From Candidatus Parcubacteria bacterium (GTDB lineage: Bacteria; Patescibacteriota; Minisyncoccia; Phycocordibacterales; Phycocordibacteraceae): a stretch of DNA of 45,346 bases. How positions within the stretch are numbered: position 1 is the stretch's first letter; every line of letters begins with the position of its first letter. The notes beneath the pieces were generated by a model. The model searched no databases, was not told where the DNA came from, and saw only the letters and a program-made list of their open reading frames with translations. The stretch is from positions 1 to 45,346 of the forward strand of contig JAKFXG010000024.1 of NCBI GenBank assembly GCA_021731495.1. Direction: 5' to 3'. The translations under genes were made by a program, and so were the position numbers. Positions 26,997-35,692 of this stretch are shown in pieces.

Positions 26997-28097
26997 TTAT
27001 TTCTCGATACGAACGAGGCTGTACTGGACCTGTTCCCCGGCGAGCATCGGGATGACCGTCGTGCTGTCGCTGGTGTATACGGGCGGCACTTCCCATGGCT
27101 TCTCAACGATGAGAACGGAATCCTCTTCGTCAAGATGAAGGCCATAGAAGCGGGGGCCACGAAAGCATGCGAATTCGACGAAGCGATCGAACCAGTCGTC
27201 GTATCCAGATTCTTTGAAGATCTGAAAATAGACGAAGAGCGAAACTGGTTCATTGAACACGCCGCCGGCGCATCCGTGTGGTTTGCTTTTATTAGCTCCT
27301 GGATGTGGTGCGCTGTCGGTTCCTAGAAAGCAGCGCGGACTGTTGATGGCGAACCTGATGAGTTCCTTCCGGTCGGATTCTTTTTTTAGGACAGGGATAG
27401 AATACTTCGCTGGATTCATACCGCCCCGGAACAGCTCGTTGCGATTCCACACCAGATATTGAGGAGCGACTGTTGCCCCGATGTTTTCTCCTGCCGCGCT
27501 GACGAAATCCGCTCCCTTTTTCGTGCTGATGTGCTCGAACACGATTTTAAGGTGGGGGAATCGGTACCTGAGGTGATCGAGAGGCCTCAATGCCTCATCT
27601 TCGCGTTTGAAGACGTCGATTTCGTTTCCATCGTCGGAGATTTGTGGTTCGGCATGAATGAGAAGTAACATGCCACGCTCTTCCATTGTGCCGAACACTG
27701 GATCGAGTTCTTCAAGGTACCGGAAGTCGACGCCCTCGGCACTGTTGGTAGTGCCATTTTTTGGGTAGAGCTTCGCCGCGATGAATGCACCCACGTCGAA
27801 TCCCCGCCGCACAACGTCTGGACTTGTGTCTGGCTCAAGGTAGAGAGGCACGTTTACGTCGAAACGAGGATTTTCTTTGTGTGCGATACCGAGGATTTTA
27901 TTCCGGTAATCGATGGCCTGGTACGGCGTACGAATGCGGTCTTTGCCGAGATTCGGCATTGCAGTCGCGTAACGGTACAGTTCTGCGGTTCTTGGGACGA
28001 CGAGTTCCATCATCCTCTCTTCGAATCTAAGGTGAGTATGTAGATTGACCGGCCAGGGCATCGGCCAACCGCCAAGTTTCTCGTTATATGTTCTCAA
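26997..28097 (-). CDS. pyrC: dihydroorotase (homodimeric type)
   Basis: HTHLR, AMPN, AAKLYP..TTNS, EHIST, FLGTDSAPH; TTG start with AGGAGG; upstream TTGCGA-17-TACAGT promoter. Confidence 0.94.
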   Translation of the reverse strand: MRTYNEKLGGWPMPWPVNLHTHLRFEERMMELVVPRTAELYRYATAMPNLGKDRIRTPYQAIDYRNKILGIAHKENPRFDVNVPLYLEPDTSPDVVRRGFDVGAFIAAKLYPKNGTTNSAEGVDFRYLEELDPVFGTMEERGMLLLIHAEPQISDDGNEIDVFKREDEALRPLDHLRYRFPHLKIVFEHISTKKGADFVSAAGENIGATVAPQYLVWNRNELFRGGMNPAKYSIPVLKKESDRKELIRFAINSPRCFLGTDSAPHPGANKSKPHGCAGGVFNEPVSLFVYFQIFKESGYDDWFDRFVEFACFRGPRFYGLHLDEEDSVLIVEKPWEVPPVYTSDSTTVIPMLAGEQVQYSLVRIEK

Positions 28098-28169
28098 AAG
28101 AGCCTCCTATCAAGGGTGTATTGAATGAGTGTCCTGCGGCACTGTAGCAGAGTGGAAAGGCACTCGCAA

Positions 28170-28207
28170 TAAAATGAAATGCCGCCCCGGGGTTTCCGGA
28201 ACGGCAT
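28170..28207 (-). terminator. terminator after pyrD
   Basis: minus strand TGCCGTTCCGG-AAACC-CCGGGGCGGCA followed by TTTCATTTT. Confidence 0.65.
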
Positions 28208-28235
28208 AAATAATCGGTCTTGTTGAGAGTTAGAT

Positions 28236-29252
28236 TCACCCGAGAAGGTCGTAAGCTCGTGTGATGATGCTCCGAACCCGCCACGGGCGCGCCATTGCAA
28301 CGGAAGCAAAGAATATGGAGTCTTTGCCGCGTCGCAGGCCGCCGTTTTCGACGAGGTAGTCCACGTCCCGTGCATGGCGGATGCCTCCACCGACATTGAA
28401 CGGCTTTTCAACACCCGCCTCGCGTAGCTTCCTGGCGTATCGTGCGACGAGAGGGAGGAGTCTTTGTCCTGAGTAGCCGCCACCGCCGAACTTTTTGTTT
28501 CGTGCCATGAGTGGCGAACCGTCAGGGAAGAGATCCGTCCATGGTACCTGTTCTCGTTGCGACAACCACGGAATTTCCGCGTTGAATGGGAGTGCGTTCG
28601 TGAAGCATAGTGCATCGCACGCAGGGTGTTCTGCGATACGTTTCGCGCTTTCTATCGGCGCAAGCAGGTTGATCTTAACAATGAGCGGTATGCCAAGAGC
28701 ACTTGCGATCGAGAGCATTTCCTCGCCCTCTTCCACGAGATGGCTCGGGTCGAGGCCGGTGTTGGGACAGCTCAGGTTAAGTTGCAGTGCGATGGTTCTC
28801 AGTGACGATGTATGCAGAAGGTACGCCTTAAGTATCGTAACGAATGCTTTTAAATCCCCAAGACGTTCCTCTTTTGTCTTCTTGTTGGACATGAAGGAAA
28901 TCATGGATGGCCCGTTGCTTCCATCGAGTAGTCCATGCTTGATCAACTCCCTCGCGCCTGGACCGGCAAGTCCAACCGAATTGAGTGTGTCTCCACTGAG
29001 CGGATTGATGAAGATACAGCGAGGGATCAGCTCCTTCGGTTGGAACAACACTTCTGCGCCGCCGATAGGCAGGTTGCCTTCATTAGGCTCGAATGTGGTG
29101 GTCTTAGCGACTCGCGTGGAGCCTTTGAAGTCAAGACCGAGAAGACGAATGAGGGGCAGATGATGATACCAGTATCCGTCCTTGCCAAACCACCCACGTA
29201 CGCCGGGAGCGTCCCAGCAGGGTCCGAAGTCGATGTCGCGCAATGTCGTCAT
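28236..29252 (-). CDS. pyrD: divergent dihydroorotate dehydrogenase (catalytic Cys)
   Basis: KTTT, NSVGLAGPG, LNLSCPN, IVKI, FTNA, GGYSG, GGGI; adjacent to pyrC. Confidence 0.85.
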   Translation of the reverse strand: MTTLRDIDFGPCWDAPGVRGWFGKDGYWYHHLPLIRLLGLDFKGSTRVAKTTTFEPNEGNLPIGGAEVLFQPKELIPRCIFINPLSGDTLNSVGLAGPGARELIKHGLLDGSNGPSMISFMSNKKTKEERLGDLKAFVTILKAYLLHTSSLRTIALQLNLSCPNTGLDPSHLVEEGEEMLSIASALGIPLIVKINLLAPIESAKRIAEHPACDALCFTNALPFNAEIPWLSQREQVPWTDLFPDGSPLMARNKKFGGGGYSGQRLLPLVARYARKLREAGVEKPFNVGGGIRHARDVDYLVENGGLRRGKDSIFFASVAMARPWRVRSIITRAYDLLG

Positions 29253-29329
29253 GAACGTTCTCCGGTTAACTGTTTCTTCCAGCGAAACCCTATCACACTC
29301 TTTAAGAACGGTGTAGATTGTTGTATAGA

Positions 29330-29403
29330 CCGTCCCTAGCTCAATTGGTTAGAGCACCGAGCTTATACCTCGGCGGTTCCTGGTTCGAGTCCAGGGGGAC
29401 GGA
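29330..29403 (+). tRNA. tRNA-Ile(UAU)
   Basis: acceptor CCGTCCC/GGGACGG, anticodon arm CCGAG-CTTATAC-CTCGG, T arm CCTGG-TTCGAGT-CCAGG, discriminator A. Confidence 0.93.
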
Positions 29404-31590
29404 CTATTCTAAATGCATCTCTTTGTCGGCAGTGAGCGCGCGGAGCGCGAGGGCAGGATGCTGCTGTAGTTCTGGGTCGCTGGCAACGAGGTGCGCTGCC
29501 TCGGTACGCGCGGCCTCCACGAGTTTAATGTTCTTCAGCGCTTCCATTGCGATGTCGGAGACACCCCACTGTTTGCCGCCAGAAAGTTCTCCTGCACCAC
29601 GGAGCGCGAGGTCATATTCAGCAAGCTCAAAGCCGTTCTTCGCAGTGACGAATGCTTTGAGGCGGTCTTTCGTCGTTTGTCCGAACGATTCGGGGAGTGC
29701 GAAGCAGTATGACTGATGCGTTGAGCGGATGACACGGCCGCGCAGCTGATGCAACTGCGCGAGTCCGAAGCGCTCGGCTCCTTCAATGAGAATGACCGTC
29801 GCATTTGGCACATTCACACCCACTTCGACGACCGAAGTCGCGACGAGAATATCAATTTCTCCTTTTTCAAATCGCTTCATTGTTTCTTCTTTCTCTGCCG
29901 GTTTCATTTTGCTGTGAAGGATGTCTATCGTTGCGTTTTTGAATACTTCACGCGAGAGGCGTGTCGCCTCTGCTTTTACGGATTTTGCTTGAAGTGCGAA
30001 TTCCTTTGCCGGATCCGGTTCGTCAATGCGCGGACAGATGACATATGCCTGATGACCGGCGGCAAGCTCCGCGCGTACGCGCTCGTAGGCAAGTTCGCGT
30101 TTCTCCGGGCCAAGTACTTCGGTGATGATGGGCTTTCTCCCTAGTGGCATCTCGTCAAGGATTGAAAGATCAAGGTCGCCATAAATAGTGAGCGCGAGCG
30201 TACGCGGGATGGGTGTCGCCGTCATCGAGAGTAGGTGCGGCGCAATGACGCCCTTGGTCGCAAGTTTTTGTCGGTGCACGGTACCGAAGCGGTGCTGTTC
30301 GTCGATGATGGCATAGGCGAAGTATTTAAATGAAAGGGACTTCTCTATGAGCGCGTGCGTGCCGATGACAATTGGTATTTCGCCATTGGCGACCATTTTT
30401 TTAAATGCTGCTTTGGAAAGTTTTGCTGACTCTTCGTAGCGTACTTTCGACGGGAATTTCCGGCATTCACTTCCGGTGATGAGGCCGATTGGGATCGGGT
30501 GGTCCTTGAAATAAGAGACAAAGGTCGAGAAGTGCTGCTTCGCGAGGATTTCAGTCGGGCAAAGGTACGCGACCTGGAGTGTGCCGGCAATCCGCCTTTC
30601 GCCCCTAAGGGGCCCCTTCGGGGGGAGCGAAGTCGCGACGAGGTACGCGGTCGCCGCCGCGACCGCAGTCTTGCCGCTGCCCACGTCGCCCTCGAGGAGC
30701 CGAAGCATGGGATGCGTTTTCTCGAAATCATCCACAATGGTATTGATCGCGCGCATCTGTGCGGTAGTTGCAGGGAAGGGGAATGATGCGACGAAGTCGG
30801 CAAGCGCCGTGCGGTCGACCGAGACCGGCAGGGCCTCCTCTTTCAAGAGGGCGCGGCGGCGCTGTTGCATGACAATCTGGAGCGCAAACACTTCTTCAAA
30901 AGCGAAACGCTTGCGCGCTGCCGTTGCGTCATCGAGCTTGCGCGGCGCGTGTATGAACACAAGCGCAGAAGAGAGTGTGGGCAAATTGTATCGCGCGAGA
31001 ATGTCCGAAGGTATAGGGTCGGCAATGTGTTCGTGCACGTTTGTCTCAAATACTTTTCGTACCGCGTGCAGGAACCAGAGCGAGGACACCCCCTGACTCT
31101 CCGGGTAGATGGGGTAGAGCGTCTCGCTCTCTATTTCGGCGCCTTTGGTAAATAATGAGTCGTGTATTTCGTCCGGCGCAATGGGCGACTTATCGATTTC
31201 CGGATTTGCAAGATACATTTTTGCGTCTTCACCAGCTATGCGCCCACTCACTTTTACGACCATGCCATCGTGGAGTGTTTTCGCGATGTAGGGTTGACTG
31301 AACCACATCATTTTTATTTTTCCCGATGCGTCTTCGAGCCATGCTTCGGCGACTGGCCGACGACTCTTCCACGTTCTCCTGATGTCGGGCTTACGCACAG
31401 TGCCGTACAGCGTGACTTCAGTGCCGGCTGTTGCGCCCGCGATCGTTCCTGTCGGACCTGCATTCTCGTAACGGGCAGGGAAGTGATAGAGCAGATCGCG
31501 AATGGTCCGTATACCAAGCTTATGGAGCGCCCGCTTCTGGTCGGGTTTCAGTCGGGTGAAATGGTGTTCGATGGTGTCTTGCAGATTCAC
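29404..31590 (-). CDS. recG: ATP-dependent DNA helicase RecG
   Basis: DLLYHFPARY wedge, EGDVGSGKT, PTEILA, DEQHRFG, MTATPIPRTL, AERFGLAQLHQLRGRV. Confidence 0.97.
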   Translation of the reverse strand: MNLQDTIEHHFTRLKPDQKRALHKLGIRTIRDLLYHFPARYENAGPTGTIAGATAGTEVTLYGTVRKPDIRRTWKSRRPVAEAWLEDASGKIKMMWFSQPYIAKTLHDGMVVKVSGRIAGEDAKMYLANPEIDKSPIAPDEIHDSLFTKGAEIESETLYPIYPESQGVSSLWFLHAVRKVFETNVHEHIADPIPSDILARYNLPTLSSALVFIHAPRKLDDATAARKRFAFEEVFALQIVMQQRRRALLKEEALPVSVDRTALADFVASFPFPATTAQMRAINTIVDDFEKTHPMLRLLEGDVGSGKTAVAAATAYLVATSLPPKGPLRGERRIAGTLQVAYLCPTEILAKQHFSTFVSYFKDHPIPIGLITGSECRKFPSKVRYEESAKLSKAAFKKMVANGEIPIVIGTHALIEKSLSFKYFAYAIIDEQHRFGTVHRQKLATKGVIAPHLLSMTATPIPRTLALTIYGDLDLSILDEMPLGRKPIITEVLGPEKRELAYERVRAELAAGHQAYVICPRIDEPDPAKEFALQAKSVKAEATRLSREVFKNATIDILHSKMKPAEKEETMKRFEKGEIDILVATSVVEVGVNVPNATVILIEGAERFGLAQLHQLRGRVIRSTHQSYCFALPESFGQTTKDRLKAFVTAKNGFELAEYDLALRGAGELSGGKQWGVSDIAMEALKNIKLVEAARTEAAHLVASDPELQQHPALALRALTADKEMHLE

Positions 31591-31600
31591 CTCCGTAGTC

Positions 31601-31705
31601 TACCCCGTGAGATACCACTCACCAATTGTTTGAGTTTCGCCGCATAAATAACTTTCGCACGGTTCCATCGCCCTCCTTTGAGGGTTTTATCTCATGGGGT
31701 ATACT
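31601..31705. repeat. MITE-like element with 14-bp terminal inverted repeats
   Basis: TACCCCGTGAGATA (31601) ... TATCTCATGGGGTA (31688-31701), one mismatch. Confidence 0.65.
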
Positions 31706-31716
31706 GTTGACTCAAC

Positions 31717-32847
31717 ATGGATGCGAAAAAAATACTGGCAACATACAAGAAACAGGGCGCGCGCATAGAGACGAAAGGGCGCGTGAAGCTCAAAGGCAAA
31801 TCCGATTTTTCGCTCTGGTACACGCCGGGTGTGGGCGCCGCCGCAACCCACCTTGGGAAGCATCCGGAAGACGCGCGAAAGATGTCCATAAAGAAGAACA
31901 GCGTCGCAGTCGTTTCTGACGGTTCCGCGGTGCTCGGTCTCGGGAACATTGGTCCTTATGGCGCACTGCCGGTGATGGAAGGGAAGGCGCTTATCTTCAA
32001 AGAGATGGCGAGCATTGATGCATGGCCCGTTGTGCTGGATACTCAGGATCCGGACGAAATAGTGCGGACCGTAAAGGCTATCGCACCCTCTTTCGGCGGC
32101 ATCAATCTCGAAGATATTGCCGCGCCAAATTGTTTTGATATCGAAAAGCGCCTGAGCGAGGAGTTGGATATTCCCGTGATGCATGATGACCAGCACGGCA
32201 CCGCGATTGTCGTGCTTGCGGGACTCATCAATGCGGCAAAGGTTGTGAAGAAAGATATTAAAAAAATGAACGTCGTGATAAATGGTGCTGGAGCCGCAGG
32301 TACAGCGGTTGCGAAGCTTCTTCTTGCCGCAGGCATCACCGATATCATTCTGCTTGATCGGATTGGTACAATTTACGTCGGCCGCGCAGAACTAAATGCT
32401 GAGAAGATCATACTCGCCGCTCTCACGAATCCGCGCAAAGTGCAGGGAGGTCTCGTTGAAGCAATAAAAGGGGCGGACATGTTTATCGGTGTCTCAGGCA
32501 AAGGACTACTCAAAGCCGAGCATGTCGCTTCGATGGCGCCACGTGGAATCGTCTTTGCACTTGCGAATCCTGACCCGGAAATTTTACCTGAAGAAGCGAA
32601 GAGAGCCGGTGCGGCGGTCATCGCGACTGGCCGTTCCGACTACCCGAATCAGATCAACAATGCACTTGTGTTCCCGGGTATTTTCCGCGGTGCGCTCGAT
32701 AAGGGCGTTAAGAAAATTACTGAGGAAACGAAACTGCGTGCCGCCCGCGCACTCGCAGCGCTTGTTTCGAAACCGACTGCCGCAAAAATTATCCCCGACC
32801 TTCTCGACCCGCGCGTGGTAAAGGCAGTCGCGCGGGCGGTGCGCTAG
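31717..32847 (+). CDS. NAD(P)-dependent malic enzyme (short form)
   Basis: YTPGV, SDGSAVLGLGNIG, PVMEGK, INLEDI, HDDQHGTA, GAGAAG, ATGRSDYPNQINN. Confidence 0.95.
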   Translation: MDAKKILATYKKQGARIETKGRVKLKGKSDFSLWYTPGVGAAATHLGKHPEDARKMSIKKNSVAVVSDGSAVLGLGNIGPYGALPVMEGKALIFKEMASIDAWPVVLDTQDPDEIVRTVKAIAPSFGGINLEDIAAPNCFDIEKRLSEELDIPVMHDDQHGTAIVVLAGLINAAKVVKKDIKKMNVVINGAGAAGTAVAKLLLAAGITDIILLDRIGTIYVGRAELNAEKIILAALTNPRKVQGGLVEAIKGADMFIGVSGKGLLKAEHVASMAPRGIVFALANPDPEILPEEAKRAGAAVIATGRSDYPNQINNALVFPGIFRGALDKGVKKITEETKLRAARALAALVSKPTAAKIIPDLLDPRVVKAVARAVR

Positions 32848-33218
32848 GCAGGAGGCAGTCTAGATTCGGTACTTGGCCAGAGAGCAAGTGCGAGCGTCAG
32901 TGTGGCGAGGGATACGTCGCGGAAGAGGACATCCATTTGAGTAGTATTGAACGCGACGATGCTAAGGAGCATACACGTCGCTATCACCGCAGGGACGCGG
33001 ATGTTCCATCCGGAGAGTATCCAGAGCGCGAGCACGACTTCAATCACACCGAAGCCGTGCAGAAGGACAAGCGGGTCGATAGGCAGGGCGCGCACAACAT
33101 GCGGGAAGTAGCCGAGCCACGAAGCCGGATCAAAAACGGCTGCGACAGGCGGGTAGAGAAAGGCGAATGCCGCCCCAGTGCGCAGTATCAGATGCGCATG
33201 ACCTGAATACTCCCGCAT
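32844..33218 (-). CDS. DoxX-like membrane protein
   Basis: ILRTGAAF..., FGVIEVVLALWIL, FRDV. Confidence 0.75.
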   Translation of the reverse strand: MREYSGHAHLILRTGAAFAFLYPPVAAVFDPASWLGYFPHVVRALPIDPLVLLHGFGVIEVVLALWILSGWNIRVPAVIATCMLLSIVAFNTTQMDVLFRDVSLATLTLALALWPSTESRLPPA

Positions 33219-33222
33219 GCTT

Positions 33223-33717
33223 TTAAAGGGAAACGTTTACGCTGGCGGATGCGGCCGAGGTTACGACGACACTACCGAATTGAGATGTACTCACGTGGTT
33301 GTGGTATTTCCAGACCCCTTCTTTTTCGAACGTGAAGGAATATGAGTTACCTGGTCCGATCGCTGCGCAGGCGTCAAACGTCGAGTTCGTCGTATCCGGG
33401 CAATGCTGGCTCAAGCTGCTGCCGCTGTAGACGCTGTGCGTCGGATGCATAGCTGAAGCGACCCACAGATTTCCCGTACTCTGATTGACGAATGTTACCG
33501 TCGTGCCGACCGGTACGGAGACGTCCTTTGGTGAAAATCCCTGATCGCTGTAGGTGACGACTACTCCTGCTGGAGCAGTTGCCGTGGAGGGCGCCGGACT
33601 TTCAGTTGTGGAAGATTGATCCGTCGGGAGAGTGCTCTCAGGGGCTTTCTGAAGCAGGTACCAGCCGCCAACAAGAACGAGAACTACCGCGACGACACCG
33701 ACAATTTTTTCGTTCAT
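33223..33717 (-). CDS. membrane-anchored cupredoxin-like protein
   Basis: N-terminal TM, GFSPKDVSVPVGTTVTFVN, HPTH, PGNSYSFTF..GVWKYHNH. Confidence 0.8.
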   Translation of the reverse strand: MNEKIVGVVAVVLVLVGGWYLLQKAPESTLPTDQSSTTESPAPSTATAPAGVVVTYSDQGFSPKDVSVPVGTTVTFVNQSTGNLWVASAMHPTHSVYSGSSLSQHCPDTTNSTFDACAAIGPGNSYSFTFEKEGVWKYHNHVSTSQFGSVVVTSAASASVNVSL

Positions 33718-33780
33718 AAAGCTAAAAAATGAATAAGCTAATATGTAGATTATAGTAGCACCCCATGATATACTTTCAAC

Positions 33781-34404
33781 ATGGAAACAATCATTATAGG
33801 GCTGCTTATCGTGGTACTTATCGCGAGCGCTTTGTTCGATGCGATTACCTGGTCATTTAATTGGATCGCGGTCGTCGTACTCATTGCGGTGTGGATAGCT
33901 CTTCTCTATAACCGTTTCGTCGGCCTCACGAACCGCGCGAAAGAAGCGTGGGCCGACATCGCTGTACAGCTCAAACGCCGTTACGACCTCATTCCAAATC
34001 TTGTCGAGACGGTAAAGGGGTACGCCGCGCATGAATCAAGCGCGTTTGAGAATGTAACGAAGGCGCGCGCCGCCGCGATGGGGGCTGAGGCGCCTGCCGA
34101 TAAAGCACAGGCGGAGAACATGCTCACGGGCGCACTCAAGACTTTGTTTGCGGTCTCTGAAGCATACCCCGACTTAAAGGCGAATCAGAACTTTCTCCAG
34201 CTACAAAAGGAGCTTGGCGACACCGAAGATAAGATTCAAGCATCTCGCCGCTTCTACAACACGACCGTAATGACGCTCAATACCGCCATCGAGTCTTTCC
34301 CGGGGAATCTTATTGCAACCGCATTTAGGTTTAAGCCGATGAGCCTCTTCGAGCTTGCCGCGTCTGACGCCGCTGCGGCAGAGCCGGTGAAAGTACAGTT
34401 CTAA
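33781..34404 (+). CDS. lemA: LemA family protein
   Basis: QLKRRYDLIPNLVETVKGYAAHE, EAYPDLKANQNF, RRFYN. Confidence 0.96.
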   Translation: METIIIGLLIVVLIASALFDAITWSFNWIAVVVLIAVWIALLYNRFVGLTNRAKEAWADIAVQLKRRYDLIPNLVETVKGYAAHESSAFENVTKARAAAMGAEAPADKAQAENMLTGALKTLFAVSEAYPDLKANQNFLQLQKELGDTEDKIQASRRFYNTTVMTLNTAIESFPGNLIATAFRFKPMSLFELAASDAAAAEPVKVQF

Positions 34405-34407
34405 TAA

Positions 34408-35313
34408 ATGAATCTTTATCAAGAACGTTCTTCAAACATACGTCGGACCTGGGCGCTCATCCTCTGGTTCTTAATCGTTGTTATCGCGATCGGGTACACC
34501 GTCTCTTGGTATCTGGGCAACCCATCCATTCTGTATATCGCGGTCGTTATTGCTGTGGCGACTAATTTTTACGCCTACTGGGCCTCGGATAAACTCGTGC
34601 TTTCTCTGAACCATGCGCGCCCAGCGACGCGAGAAGAATTCTTTGACTTCTATACAGTCACTGAGAACCTAGCTATCACCGCGGGGCTTCCTATGCCCAA
34701 GTTGTACATGATCAATGATTCGGCGCCAAATGCATTTGCGACCGGCCGCGATGAAAAACATGCGGTCGTGTGCGCGACGACCGGGCTCCTTACTATGCTA
34801 ACGCGTCCTGAGCTCGAGGGCGTCATTAGTCACGAGCTTTCGCATATTAAAAACCGCGACATACTCCTCATGACAGTGGCGGTTGTGTTGGCGGGCTTCG
34901 TTGCCATCCTCGCGGACATATTCCTGCGCATGTCCCTTTTCGGCGGCGGGCGCAGTAACGATAATAAAAATGCGAACGCGCTTCTCATGATCCTTGCCGT
35001 TGTCGGTATCGTGCTTGCGCCTCTCGCCGCGAAGCTTATCCAGCTTGCCGTTTCGCGTCGGCGCGAGTTCCTTGCCGATGCCTCGGGAGCGTTGCTTACT
35101 CGATATCCCGAAGGTCTTGCGTCAGCGCTTGAGAAGATCGGTAGTTACGCCTCTCCGATGCGAAGCGCAAATACAGCGACTGCACACCTCTTCATCAGCA
35201 ATCCTTTTGGCGCGAAGGGCGGAGGTGCGGGAGGTTGGATCGAACGGATGTTCTCCACGCACCCACCAATTCAAGAGAGAATTAAGGTACTTCTTGGTTC
35301 CTCCCGGGCGTAA
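34408..35313 (+). CDS. htpX: M48 zinc metalloprotease HtpX
   Basis: PNAFATGR, HELSH, SRRREFLAD, FSTHPP. Confidence 0.95.
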   Translation: MNLYQERSSNIRRTWALILWFLIVVIAIGYTVSWYLGNPSILYIAVVIAVATNFYAYWASDKLVLSLNHARPATREEFFDFYTVTENLAITAGLPMPKLYMINDSAPNAFATGRDEKHAVVCATTGLLTMLTRPELEGVISHELSHIKNRDILLMTVAVVLAGFVAILADIFLRMSLFGGGRSNDNKNANALLMILAVVGIVLAPLAAKLIQLAVSRRREFLADASGALLTRYPEGLASALEKIGSYASPMRSANTATAHLFISNPFGAKGGGAGGWIERMFSTHPPIQERIKVLLGSSRA

Positions 35314-35345
35314 CAGACCTTTTTCTGCTATAACGGTTCTTACAC

Positions 35346-35432
35346 GGAGGCGTCGCATAGTGGTCTAGTGCACCGCCTTGGAAAGGCGGCAGGCTCGAAA
35401 GGGTCTCGAGAGTTCGAATCTCTCCGCCTCCG
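35346..35432 (+). tRNA. tRNA-Ser(GGA)
   Basis: GGAGGCG/CGCCTCC acceptor, CCGCC-TTGGAAA-GGCGG, long variable arm, discriminator G. Confidence 0.96.
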
Positions 35433-35438
35433 CAAATG

Positions 35439-35595
35439 AAAACCGCCGTAAGGCGGATTTTCTTTTGCGGAGGCAAGCCCTGCTGGGAGCAGGGCGGGAG
35501 AGATTTGAAGACCTTGTGAGTCTAAAATTGAGCGTGCGAAAATTTTAGCCACAAGGTGTACTGAAACTGTAAGTTTCGAATCTCGCCGCCTCCGC
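35439..35595. repeat. terminator plus inverted and direct copies of the tRNA-Ser 3' end
   Basis: CCGCC-GTAA-GGCGG hairpin; interrupted inverted copy 35467-35509; direct copy 35575-35595 (20/21 identical to 35413-35433). Confidence 0.8.
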
Positions 35596-35692
35596 TCGTA
35601 GTATTTTTTATCGGACCTATACCCAGACCTTGAGACGGTGGGGCAAATTTGAATAGAGAATGCGCCGACCTTTCGATCGGCGCATGCATGCC

